64,000 bases of DNA from NCBI GenBank assembly GCA_964035545.1, contig OZ037766.1, positions 2,914,001 through 2,978,000 on the forward strand, given 5' to 3'. The stretch comes from Bugula neritina. Its lineage: Eukaryota; Animalia; Bryozoa. Of the stretch, positions 1 through 18,800 are shown in pieces. The notes beneath the pieces were generated by a model. That model was not told the origin of the DNA and searched no databases. It saw only the letters and a list, made by a program, of their open reading frames with translations. Numbering within the stretch: the first letter of the stretch is position 1; each line of letters opens with the position of its first letter. The translations under genes and the position numbers were made by a program.

Positions 1-559
1 TAATACTTGAAACAAGTAGTATAACTTGGCGCATAAGGCAGTAGCACTGGAAAAGTTCTACTGTTGAGCTCATATTAGAAAAAACATGGTTAAACTAGTT
101 GCTTACTCTTTGGATCAAAGCCCTAATAAGAGCTGAAAACTCCCAATATGCCCGTCCTACAGCCTAGCGTGAGGTTAGGCCAATACAGTTCCAGATTACA
201 CGTGACAACCTGCAACCACCTTGCATTCATTGTCTTCTCCACCAATACACATTTCACTAACACAACAATACTCAACTGTATGTACTAGATACCCATGACT
301 ATACTTGAGAAGCAAATTTTTACGGTTTGTAAATTATTGTAGGTTATGATTCAGTCAGCACTCCTTTGCCGTTTTCAAAACGCTGCCTCAGATTATTTTC
401 TTGTAAAATTTGTCCTCTATTGATTAGAAAAATGCTATAATAATATCTCCCAATGCTTTTACATATTGGTTTCACAGGGTCCACTTATGTAAAAATTACA
501 ATAATAATTTTGTGTCGGATTTGTTTTTAGCAATTATTTAGATTAAATATCTCTTTTAG

Positions 560-2202
560 TATTTCAACAACCATGAAGCTTGTGCTGAATACATGAAGCA
601 TTGCACTAGGATCTTACACGCTGTCGGCTTATTCTGTAGCAGGTAAGATTTCATACTGCAGCACCAACGCTATAATTATCCTTATATTACTTTAAGAAGA
701 CAACTTCTAAATTGTATGTGTGTGTGCAATTTGTCAAAATATTGATACAATTCTATTTTTCTGCTGTTTGATGTTTGTTAGAAAGAAGCAAACTATAAGA
801 GAACACATTTGATGAATTATCGCAATGCTTGAGTGTTTGAGGTTGTTTAGAATAAAAATTCAATACATTGCAGCTGACAGTTTCTATTTTCTATATTATA
901 CAGGAAGTTGAGAGAAGCTGGTCTCAAAGTAAAAGACTCAAATGCTAGCTATTATATGTATCCTGATTTCTCTAACTTCCGAGACAAATTGGCTAAGAGA
1001 TCAATTTTCACTGCTGAAGAGATGTGTGCAGCTATGTTTACTGAAACAAAAGTTGCGGTAAGTGAAATGATCCGAAAAAACTTTGAATGTATGGATTAGC
1101 ATGCCAAATAATAGTGAAAACATTGATGTTTCATGTGCTACTATCATAAGCTTTAAAAAAAAAAGATGACCGATTGGTAAACTAACTGCCTGAAGGTCAA
1201 ATATTTACTAACATCACTCAAGTCTGCATACTGAACTTTTAAGCACTAGCTAGTTCTTAATCAGATTTAAGCTCTAGTCACCAATCTTTAGTAATCAAAC
1301 TAAAATTAAAACACACTGCAAAGCATTTCGTTCTCCTGATTCACAATCTCATTTTATATTTTGTTATTATACAACTTTATGCCAATCACTAGAAATTTAA
1401 CAACCAATCTCATATTTAGATAAAATAACTATTTTTTTCATAAAGGTCTGTGTGTCTTTGTTTATTATTGAAATTTGTTTCAGTTTTGAATGGCTAGCAA
1501 CTAGTCTACAGTGACACTGCAATTATAAAAACATCATCTAAACTAATATGTTCCGCAGTTAAAATATTATCTATTCCACTTTAAGCTTATTCAAGTACTT
1601 AAGATTGAATAATAATTAATTTAATTGAACTATATTATTTCATTGTTTAAATTTTGTAGCTGTTAGCTGGGGGTGTCACTCACTTAGATTCTCCCGAAAG
1701 CCTGACTGTCCAACTCTGTTACGTCAACTTTGATGGAAAAGCAGCGTTGGCAGCGAGTAGGAAAATTGGGTTCGCGACCAAGATTGGGGATGAGTTCGTG
1801 TTGAAGAACTGTGGCGCAACAGTGGAAGCTATTGAAGTGAGTCCAGTCATAATATTCATTGTTACTAGCAGCAATATACAAGAAACGTATAAATGAGTTT
1901 AAGACGAGAGATTCAGATACTGTAAAATTTTATGTTTTGTACAAGAGTACTTTTTGAATGTGTTATTAATTAAAATCAGTTGGATAGATTTGTAAAGCCT
2001 GTGGTAAAACTTGTTTTTAATAAAATAAAGCAAGTTGTGGGAAGAAATAAAGTTTTTAATACAGAAGGATGTTTGGGAGTCGTTGGCTCTTGTCAACTCA
2101 TGCCATTTATCTATATATTAGTTCAGTGTAAGTTTTCATATTGATATAATCTTTGTTTTGTAGGAAATTACCAAATGGTGCAACAAACTTCAGGAATCTT
2201 GA
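560..2202 (+). CDS. Class I/II PLP-dependent aminotransferase (aspartate aminotransferase-like), upstream tandem paralog; 3' exons only, gene starts before the window
   Basis: Exons 560-642, 904-1057, 1660-1836, 2164-2202 have GT-AG borders and splice in frame (YFNNHEACAEYMKHCTRIL...YYMYPDFSNFR...LTVQLCYVNFDG...KWCNKLQES*). Exon-for-exon paralogous to 8483-9724; bases 1-150 also resemble intron sequence near 8121-8215. Confidence 0.88.
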
Positions 2203-2575
2203 AATGTGGCCCTGAACGATGATGAAATGGCAAAGATAATTTCTTTTCGCAATTATTTTGCTTCATTTTATACCCTTTCAACCTTTTATTTGCAATATTA
2301 TGTATGTCTACATTATTAGGTAACTACTGAATGGCTTTTTAGTAGTTGGGGTATTTTATATAAGTATGTTAAAGTTTAGTGAGTTTATTACTCATTACTA
2401 TGCAATGACTATTTTTGAGTTATTTTAAAAATGCAGTTGTTTAATCTTAAGTGTAGCAATTTTGATTTCACCAACCTCTTTAGTTCTATTATAATATATG
2501 AAGAAATTTATAAAATTAATATGGTGATAATGTAAAACATATAAATAAATATGTACAAAATTCATAGCGGACACT

Positions 2576-2662
2576 TTATTCTTCTAAAGGTACAAGTTTA
2601 AACCAGTGTCCACAATCACATTGCTGTGTTTCTCCCAGTTCTAACCTCATTCATTTAATCAC
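2576..2662 (-). pseudogene. Duplicated remnant of the COX5B last exon
   Basis: Near-identical to 10038-10124; reads VIK*MRLELGETQQCDCGHWFKLVPLEE*, with TGG changed to TGA at 2651-2653 and the exon's splice acceptor missing. Confidence 0.9.
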
Positions 2663-3798
2663 GAGGAACAGCAAAATAATAAATAATAAACATGTGCACA
2701 ATATGAAAGGTTTGCCATTCTATGGATGGCTTAAGTACTTTGACTTGAATTAGCAAAATTTCAAAGTATACTGCAGTAGAAATGTTAGTACCCAGTTAAG
2801 ACCAGCTATAGAAAACAATTCTTTAAGCCTTTACTCTGCATATTATATAGATAAAACTCAGCACATGTCTGTGGAAAATATTGCAATCTATGACCCCAAG
2901 CTTTGTGCTGCATCTATCGATCTCCATGTTTAACACTTCATAGCTTGGTTGTTTGTTGCAAAACAATGGCCTTTTTTATTTCAATCAACAGCCTCAGCAT
3001 ACTCAACTAAGATATTTACTTACATGTAGCTTAGCTATTGCATGCACATGATTGGTAGAAAAAGTTACACCCTCAAAACTAATCCTATAACATACAGCTC
3101 ACTAGGTAGTAGCACTAGCTTGCAACTCTAGAAAAGGTAAGCATGCTTTAACTATCAGTATTCTATTTAAACAAAAAGATAATAAACTTTCAACAATTGC
3201 AGCTTTTCAACAAAGAGGCTAAAATAAACAAAAACATTTATAAATTGATAATAGAAATACTTTACTTTACTAGGCTGTACGTTCTCTATCTCTATACAAA
3301 CTATATAATATTATTTTGTAATAGATAGTTACTACTACTACTAGTGCTTGTTAATTTCTCTGTGGCTTAACTAATCAATATTATTCACATGCTAGTAATT
3401 ATTATGTTGTTGTATTTTACAATAGTTCACAATGCCAGCTCCTACGCAGCTACAGTGCTGCAGACAGCAAGCATCTGATGCTACAGTAGCTGAGAAATTA
3501 TGACAGAAGTTAATCTTTTCGAGATGCTGTTTTAGTTGCAGAAAATAGCCTAAGTTCGATGTAGAAAAATTTACCACTTTATAGTTTTATTAGTGTTTAG
3601 AAACGTTTCCTATTCAATTGCAATAAAAAAGTTAAATATTTATTATTCACTGGGCTGAGCCCTAATCAGGAGATTTTTTTACCAGTAACACACATAAGTA
3701 TACTTAGTTTATAGACATGTCTTTGATCTGTATGATCTCTATAGTTGGTAGTTGTTTTCTCTGCTAGCTGATTGAATCATCCTCTCTTATTTAGGAAA

Positions 3799-9724
<5,926 letters not shown>

Positions 9725-10037
9725 AATGTGGATCTGCATGAAGGCCAACTGGCAGAAATAATTTCTTGTTGTGTTTCATTTTAACCTCTTACTTGCAATA
9801 TTATATCTGCTTACATCATTACATAACTACTATATGGCTTTTCAGTATTTAAGTTAGGGCACTTTTCACAAATCACTTATAAAATGCAGTTGTTTAATTT
9901 TGAGTTTAAAAATTTTTATTTCACAAACTTATATAGTTCTATTACATATGATGCAATAATAGAACAAATTTATAAAATTAATATGGTGATAATGTAAAAC
10001 ATATAAATAAATATGTACAAAATTCATAGCGGACACC

Positions 10038-12144
10038 TCATTCTTCTAAAGGTACAAGCTTAAACCAGTGTCCACAATCACATTGCTGTGTTTCTCCCAG
10101 TTCTAACCTCATCCATTTAATCACCAAGGAATCCGGTTTACCTACAGTGAGACAGTATACAGTACAATGAGCACTCTGGTTTGAATTAGCAAACTTTTGA
10201 AATATACATTAGTATCTTTTACCTAGGAGGCAAGAACATCAATAAATGATATAATATACTTACAAATACAGCCCATAGTCCTTTCCTTGTATATAGTAGG
10301 TACCAATGTAGGCTTAGTCTGTGTACCAGCAGGTACTGTTAATGTATTCATTTCAAAAGGATTCTAAAGTGAAATACAGAAAAGCAACAAATTAGTGTCT
10401 TAGTGTTATAATATTCTCAACACAGTAGATTGTATTGGAGCAACTGTGGTGTAATGGTTGATGCATTGGCCCAGTGAGACACGAGGTCAGTGGTTAGAGT
10501 CCAAACACGGTTGTGATGTTAGGAAGAGCATCCAGTCATGATTGCTCCTGTGCCCCATATGAATAAGTCCTTAGTCCCTTTAAAAACATCTTTTATGGCA
10601 GAGGTTCTCACAGGGTTAGTAACTATAAACTTCCATTACAAAGCATTACTTGCTACGTACATCTAAGCCCTTCACTTTTTGTAGCAACTCCCATCTTTCT
10701 ACATTTTCAGCTTCCTCTTCTGCAGCTCCCTCTAGGGGCAGTTTTTCACCTAAACGATTACCACAAGAATGTATTGATATTAAAAACCTTTCAAAAAACT
10801 CCAGCTATTAGAAGTCTACCAATATTTTTCTAAAATATGATTCCAAGTACTTAGAATTAAAAGGGGAACAACTCTGATTAAAGCAGCAAATAAAATTTAC
10901 CTACTGACTCAACTAGTATGAATACCTGGACTGTGAATAATATGTTGACTAAAATTAAAATAAAACCAACCATGACCTCTAAATCTTTTAGTGAATTTAC
11001 TGCACTAAAGAATGTCCTAGCTATAATGAAGATGAATTCTCATTTGGTTTCATCCCAGTTAGACGCCATTTTTTATTTTAGTACCACTATATAATATAGT
11101 AATATACCTAAATATACCTATATAACTGTTGTATTGATCGCTAATATAAATTATCAATTATCTGGAATTATATTCCAATTTTCACGATTTGTGTGGGACA
11201 AAAAAGCAGTAATACATTGACAAGCAGAAAGGTTACATGTTAAACAACATTCAGATCAACAAACTTTGTCCAATTTTTAAATTAAGATTTCAGTTATAAC
11301 TTGTGTCTTACCACAACCTATTTAAAGATTATTATTCATTACCAACTACTATTAAAAGATAAAACTAACATCACCAAGTTTGTGTCAGGACATCTACATG
11401 ATAGCTTTTGGTCAAACTATTATAATTATTATTTAAATTCTTATTTAAAGCAACTAGTGCCAGTATGAATATCAGTATAAACATTATGATCATACTAATA
11501 GTAATACTATAATACCTGAATATGAATATCTACTATCAGTATGAGTATCAGTAAATCACTCTAAGTATAAATTATTATAAGTTATGACATAAATACTAAA
11601 ATAGAATTAGTCATTAGACAAAACTGTTACTGTTACTGTTAGGCACAGACTTAGAGAAAATATACCAGTAAGAACGAGCGCTAACAGCAACACAAACTGA
11701 CTCTAAGAAGAGAAATACTATTTAATTCTTATTATTATTCATCAAAATGAAAATGTTATTAACATTTTCATTTTGATAAATCATTGTTAATCACTTGAAA
11801 ACGTTAAGCTTTAAAGTCAAAAGTGACTCAAACCTTCAAATAATCAAAAGTCATAGATACAGATAATCCCATATGCTCACACTCACAGACACTGACCGAG
11901 ACTCATAGTGATAGTCATAGTCACTCTCACTCTGAGTTTCAGTTCGGCTCTCACCTGGAAGAAAATTAAACTGTTGTCTACCGTCAGTTGGTGAACTAGA
12001 ATACTGGCGCGTATTGATAATTGTAACCAAAAAAGAATTTGGTTTAAAATAATAGCTTTCTAAATAATTGTTGCCACAAGTGGTCAGCATCTTAACTTTG
12101 TTTTTTATGCTAAAACACCGGTTTAAAAGACCACACGACGCCAT
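10038..12144 (-). CDS. COX5B: Cytochrome c oxidase subunit 5B, mitochondrial (160 aa)
   Basis: Exons 12144-11955, 10749-10661, 10363-10264, 10141-10038 are in frame. Basic/hydroxylated N-terminal presequence, then ERWELL..GLDNPF..GTQTKPTLVP..ERTMGCIC...CDCGHWFKLV with the zinc-binding cysteines. Confidence 0.93.
10438..10632 (+). mobile_element. tRNA-derived SINE family A copy in COX5B intron 2
   Basis: TGTGGTGTAATGG head, GTGATGTTAGGAAGAGCATCCAGTCAT core and GAATAAGTCCTTAG are shared with the other copies. Confidence 0.8.
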
Positions 12145-12527
12145 GCTGATGCTACTGCTAGTAGTAGTTTCATAAACACTAGACTTTTAGCCTTGGAGCA
12201 TGTTATGCACTTGGTCAAATTAACCCAGGTCTACAGGTCTTCCATAACGCGTGTCAACGATCGAGCTTTTTTGCGATGCCTTGATATGTCCTTTTAGCTC
12301 CTCCGACATTATAATACAATCCTGTTAAGGGATCATTGCAGTTAGTAGTAGTAGTAGTACTAGTCAATCCAGCAATATCAAAATGACAATTGTAATTTCA
12401 TGGTACAGACATTCTTAAAGTTAATCATTGTGATTGTAATTGATGCGATATTTAAGGCATTTATATTTATTGCTACACACTAGTATTACATTCAATTGAC
12501 TTTGTTATATTTTGAGGTCAAATTAAA
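12145..12527. promoter_or_regulatory. Probable bidirectional promoter shared by COX5B and NDUFAF3
   Basis: Only 383 bp separate the divergent predicted start codons at 12144 (-) and 12528 (+). Confidence 0.7.
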
Positions 12528-15500
12528 ATGATGAGCTTGCAAAACTTACGGACATTTTTCTACAGACACAGTATGAGTATGAGTACGCGTACACTTGCAG
12601 TTACACTTACAGCTAGTGTTACACCACCATCAGCCTCAGGCTTAGCATCCTCTAAGTTTAGTACTAATTACTCACTTTCAGAATCAGCAAAATTTGGCGT
12701 TGCTGATAAGTTTGTGAGAAGTTTTAGTTTGAAGACTCACTCGAATTCTCAATCTTTGGTTCAACATGAAAACCGAAATTATAAGACTTCAAAGTTGCCC
12801 ATTTGTTATTCAAATTTCAAATTTGATGTTTCAAGTTTGAGCAAACAGTCTACGGGTACAAGAAATAATTCAAATCTGCTGTGTAAAAGATTTTATTCTA
12901 AATGGTAAGCTTACGTTGTATTTTTTACATGTGACATGATTTTAGATGATGCTCTAATCTATAAGTATAGTTTAATAGAAATTCAAATTAACGTATTATT
13001 TATTTATTATTTACTAAGTGTTGGCTTAGCCCTATCATAGGCCTTATGTAAGCTTATTATTGATCAATAAGTTTTTAGTTGATAACTAATAACCGTGGTA
13101 ATACTAATAATATGTTGCACTTATAGCTCTACTTGTATAGTTATAAATGTGGACTTTCACTATAATTATTTGTAGTTGAGCTAAATATAAAGTGCAGTTT
13201 TATGAACTATAAAATAGAAATAAATATGAAGAATTGCATGGCTTCGTGATTTTGATTTTATGCATATATACAGTCATTTGCTTATGAGTTCTACTCTGCT
13301 TAATTTTAGGAACTTGTGTAGTAGTGCCCTTTTGCTGTTAGCCACTCTCAACTAGGTTAAACTGAAACTACAATTATATTTTCATGTTGAGTTAAATGGG
13401 CAAGTCTTTTTGTTCCCAATTTTAATGAAGGAGACACGTGTTTTTGTCTTTTGCCGTTGATTACTAGCAAAATTTAGCAATGAATTCACGCAGTACGGTG
13501 CTCAATAATGTTTCAGGGAAAAGGGATTTCCCCTAAAAAGTCATTTCAATGCAGACTTGGAAGGTGAGCCGTACAAAACAACCGTAACTCTGGAGAACAC
13601 AGAAGGAGAATCAGACTATGTTTATGTGGAGAGCTACAGTAGACTGGGATTCAAGCTGAGTAACGGCATGCGCATCGTAGGACCTCTGGCTATGTTCCCA
13701 AAAACTTGTCTACATTGGAATGTAAGTCATGTGTACATATATACCTTTCTGTAAGTCATATGTGTGGAGTTACTCATCACTTTCCGTCTGATCTATTAAA
13801 ATATGAATTATTTTACTTTCTTTAAAAACTGTTTCTAAGATATTTTGCTGTGAAGACACTGTACTGTGTTTATTTTGCAGGTGAATGGGGCAGAAGATAT
13901 TCACATGCATTCTTTGAGTTTGTTTACTGTCCTGGAACCAAAACTAGGTAAGCTGTCTAACTTCTAGTACTAACTATCAGTAGTACTTACTAGTTAGTAC
14001 TAATAGCCAGTACTAGTAGTTCGTACTAGTAACTATTGGTACTAACTCTTAGTAGTGTTTACTACTAATTAGTACTAATAGTTAGTACTAATAGCTAGTA
14101 CTAGTAGTTAGTACTAGTAGCTGTTGGTACTAACTATTTGTATTAATGATGACTACTAGTACTATTATTACTATTAGTACTGACTACTATTGCTTGTAAT
14201 AGCTTCTCGTGCAAACTACTAGTATTTAGTATTACTAGTTACTGGTCAAGTTCATATGATTCACTTGCTCTGGCTATAGACAAATATAATGTGATAACAC
14301 AGTCATAAATATATTTAATGCTTAAATCTCCAAGTGGACTACATGAATATGTATTCTCTTGATTATAAAGTTTTATTTGACATGTGCTATGTTATCTGAT
14401 AAACCATAATTCTTGCCTATACCTATAGATATTCTTCTGATTGGTGTTGGCGAGCCGTCGGAGGTCAATTATGTTGACAAGGATCTCTACAGGCATTTAA
14501 AGGAAAAGGGAATTAGCTTGGAGCTACTGTCTACGGTTTGTCTTCATTTTTAAAACTTTTTTAGTACTGATAAAGTTTTGGTTACTCAACATCTAGTTGC
14601 GAATAATATTTAAATGCAGTGAATAACTCTGACAATAAAGCGAATTTGCACTCCGCACTACAATATCACCAGCACATAAAATATATAGCTCTCGATAAAT
14701 ACATTTTTCAACTTTGGGAGTTGTCTTCTTTTGATTTAATGTATTGCTTTCAAAAACGTTTTTTCAAACTGTGGGAGTTGTCTTTTTTGAAAACCACTGT
14801 TGATTACAAGCTTGTAAAAAGAATTTTTAGAATAAAAACATTAATGTAGCATAGATAGTTTTTATAGCTGACTGAAAATTGTGAACTGTAATAAATGTTG
14901 AAGATATATTGCATAAGTTTCTTGAAATTTTTCCCACAGCCATTTATTTAGTTGAGTATTCATTGTGTACGCTCTCTTGTACTTATTATATAAAAAGAAA
15001 ATTAGGTTTGGGTTTTTTGAGATATTCAATAAAAGTTGTTGGTTTTCTGTTGAGTTTTCAAAAGAGTTTATGAATAATTATTTTCAGCCTGGTCAAAAAG
15101 TTGTCCGGATACCTTTTGGTAATACATAATTACGATTAGTTGTATTGAATCTTGCAGCATCAGGCCTGCGCGACCTTCAACTTTCTGAATAGCGAGAAGA
15201 GGTGTGTGGCTGCTGCTTTCCTGCCTCCAAAGAGAATAATCTCTCGTAATATGCACGAGTTTATGCTGGCCGACTCCCCAGAACCTTTTGGCGAACTTCT
15301 TTCTAAACCGGAGCCCTTTCCCGATCCAGTGTTTGGGGTAAAATGTTGTTTGATATTAACATCCCTGTTTTATGTGAAAGATGTGTTTTGCATTTAATTT
15401 ATACATTTAATTCGAGTTCAAAGCTTTAATAGGTTGACTGATTGGCCTAGTCTTGGCTCATTTAAACTTCTGTATGTTTAAAATCGTTATCCCCTTAATG

Positions 15501-15879
15501 GGAAGGATTTTTGTTAAATCGGGCTAAGGAATTATTCATATGTGGCAAAGGAGCAGTTATGACTGAATGCTCTTCCTAACATTACCACCCGTGTGTGGAA
15601 CCACTAACCTCATGTTTACTAGGCCAGCATTCTAATCACCACATCACAGCTGCTTCATTTTATGTAACTCACAGAATAGAATGTTAGTGATTTCAATTGT
15701 AAGAGTTTATTACAAATTTCCAGAATATTGGGCCAAAGGAAGATGAAAAAGAAAACGATGAACTTAGCCCTGGATACTGGGATGATGGGGTGAAAAAACC
15801 TCCAACACCTCAACAACAATTAGATGACTCTAAGAAAGACAAAGATCCTAAGCTACCTGATGGGAGAGACAAATCTTGA
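12528..15879 (+). CDS. NDUFAF3: Complex I assembly factor NDUFAF3 (Mth938-like domain), 363 aa
   Basis: Exons 12528-12904, 13517-13721, 13881-13947, 14429-14535, 15158-15337, 15724-15879 are in frame. Motifs: VESYSRLGFKLSNGMRIVGP, LHWNV, LEPKLDILLIGVG, ACATFNFLNSEKRCVAAAFLPP. Confidence 0.92.
13960..14240. repeat. Degenerate ACTAGTA/AGTACTA palindrome-rich tandem repeat just after an NDUFAF3 donor
   Basis: Dense AGTACT and ACTAGT units begin about 12 nt after the donor at 13948. Confidence 0.8.
15496..15656 (-). mobile_element. tRNA-derived SINE family A copy in NDUFAF3 intron 5
   Basis: GTTAAATCGGGCTAAGGA, GGAGCAGTTATGACTG and ATGCTCTTCCTAACAT match the reverse complement of the 57724 copy. 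Confidence 0.78.
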
Positions 15880-18800
15880 GTGTGATTTGGACACGCAGTT
15901 ATCATACTATGATACGTTGCTACGACTACAGAGATGGTGCGTTGCTATGACTACAGGAGTGGATAGGAAATACTTGACTTAGCCTGTTGCCCAACAATTT
16001 TATGCTCAGCTGTGACACTTAAAGGCTATTGGAAACATGAATGTCTTATTTTGTTTGTTTTGTACACAACTGTATTGTCACAAGTTGCTATATTTTATTG
16101 TATTTAGACCAGTTATTTGTGCTGTGAGAGTCATATTTTATAATAATGCAAATACACACCTAAGATGAGTATGGGCAGCATAACAACACTTTTATCTTGT
16201 TGATGAAAATATAGTTTAGCAGCAGGTAAACAGGAAATTTATTAATTTATGTTTACGCTAATTACTTATGTGCCTCTGCAAATTGTATTTTCCTAGAGCT
16301 ATTTACTCAGTGTAGACAAATAAGCAGTAACAATTGCAGTTTGTTGTGTAACAAAGTTTTTTGTTGATTACTGAAAAAGAAGGTTACAAGCAAACACCCC
16401 ACAAGTTGACATTAGCAACGGAAGCTCCAACACATAAATAATTAGTACATCACATCTCCCTTGGCTATTGTTCAACTGATCTTCCTTCCTGGTTCCACCA
16501 GTTTACCTCCAAACCATCCTTTAGTTGTTGCCAAGAAGTGGGAAACGAGTAATGTTTTTCTGTGCAGAGATGATGCATGTATCAACTAGCAACTCAGTTA
16601 TAGATATATAGTACTAAAACAGAAAACTAATTGCAATTCACAAATTTTAAAGTTATAATCAACACTCTTTGTTCAAAGTCTAATGTTTATATTTGGTGAT
16701 AGTTGCCTTGTCTCCTGATTAACTTTTCGAAACTAAACTACTCAGAATTTCGGATGAGTATGACATAAAAAATAATGATAGTTGCAGGTATACTGGTTTA
16801 TATGTGGTAAATAATTTAATTCACAGTGAAAAAGCTCTTGAAACCAAGATGTGCTAGATTGGGACATTTGTCTTTCTCATTGACAAATCTTGAAATAGTG
16901 TGAAGTTAGAAACTGTCTGTAGTAATTATTAAATGAAAATAAATAATACTTACTCTAGAGTCCAAATGGTAACATTTTATAGAATATTGGAAATATTTAA
17001 ATAGACACTATAATTAGTTTTTTTATTTCACTTCTACGTCATGCTTATGAAAATCATACTGATAAAAACACTTAAATTTCAACATTTTTGCCTATTATTC
17101 TTGTAAAACTCATGTATATTCTATACTATGCAAATTGCCTTCTTTTTTGACTCATTATCAGAGTTTGTAAAATAGAAAGCAACTTTGAAAATATTCCTAG
17201 TTGCACAGAGAGCAACATCTGGCACCATTATTCTACAGCTGATGGTGTTTACTGTGCGTATGGAAATTTTACACTTTCAAACACAATTGTCGTCAGTAGC
17301 CCGGACTCCGAGGTGATCATTAATCAACAAGTGAAGTTTTGACATGATGTCAAGCTGCTTAGATGTGGCGTTACGTAAGTCGAATAAGGAAGAAGTTGTT
17401 AAGGTGAATGTCATGGGCTGTCAGCTGTTCAAAGTTCATTTCGTTGCCATCAGCTGAGGTTGTTAAGTGGGAAGATGTTAGCAGATACTAGGCTTGCCTG
17501 AGGTGCTGATAATCTTTCTGTGAAAGTTGTTGTAGTGTTGAGTTTACTCAGTGGCCCTGTGGTGTAATGATTTTGAAGGGTTCGAACCCCAGAGGGGGCA
17601 AAGTTTTGTAGTGTTTAGAAATAAAATACTTTTTAAATCAGAATTGTACTGTCTCAGAGCTGATTCTACTCTACTCTAAGCACTAAAAAGTTGCTTGCAC
17701 TGCTCTATTGAAACAACATAAGTTACAACATCCAAGTACTAACTACCTAGGTCAGGATAGACAACTCTTAGATACTTAAATTATATTCATTAAATTGTGA
17801 AATCATATTAGAGCTAGTAGCTGGGTTTTAGCTAGCATTTTATATTAAAGTTGTTTTATGAGCAGCTCCAAATTGAGGGTGACTAAATGCAATAGTTTGG
17901 GTTCTAGAGCTTGGAGTTGGGGGTTAAAAGTTCCAGCCTAAATTCTCAACCCTAAACTTTGGAAACACAAACTATTGTACTCAGTCAATATTGCCAAGAG
18001 CACTTATGACCACGTGACTATTGAGCACGAGGCATAGATAGTTATATTAATATACACTAGACTAGACATTGGACAATTATATAAGATAGGTTAGTCCGTT
18101 GTGGTTTGAAGTTATAAAAAAACACCACAACATTTGATTGCATATATCACGTCATAGGGAATGCATCGTGTAGACTTTGAATGCTGGAACATAAAATGCA
18201 TGAAGCTTTGCACTAGCCGATGGGAAAGTAGCTACTGTTTCTAGTACATTCTGTGTGACATATTTCAATGACTCAGTCTGCTTTGATCTTCTGCCATCTA
18301 ATTTTGCTCCCAGCAGATATAATTGCAGGATCAGACTATCTAGTAACTGGCATAAATACATTAATGCAACTAGTACCCTTTGATCAAAGTTTTTGGCAAG
18401 GCCTAAAATAAGTGATACTATATGCATATTTACAGTGTTTAAAATTGAAAATTTTATATCGTTTTAGTTTATTCAAATGACTTTCTAAGGTAAAAGAAAA
18501 GAGATTTTTTTACAATATCAGCTTTATATATGTAGTTTTAGTGTGCATAGCTATGAAGTTTTAATAAAACGCCTGCCAGCTTGCACTGAATGAACTAAAT
18601 GGTATTAGAACTTTTTTTATATATGTTTATTTATCCAGACTAGCTAATTCTTGTAGTAATTAAAACATCCTGTACAACTAAAAAGTTCAAAATAATAATG
18701 TACATGTATTTTTTCTTTTACATTTTAACTAAAATATCCTATAATATATCAAAGCTGTAAAACAAACAAGTTCAGGCACGCCTACATCAAATTTTCAAGA

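Noticed and set aside
10926-10948. 23-nt AG..GT-bounded micro-exon candidate in COX5B intron 1
   Set aside because: Inclusion would shift the frame, and exons 1 and 2 already join in phase.
12220-12309. Short minus-strand ORF MSEELKGHIKASQK... upstream of COX5B
   Set aside because: It stops after 29 codons with no recognisable homology; at most a uORF, and unsupported.
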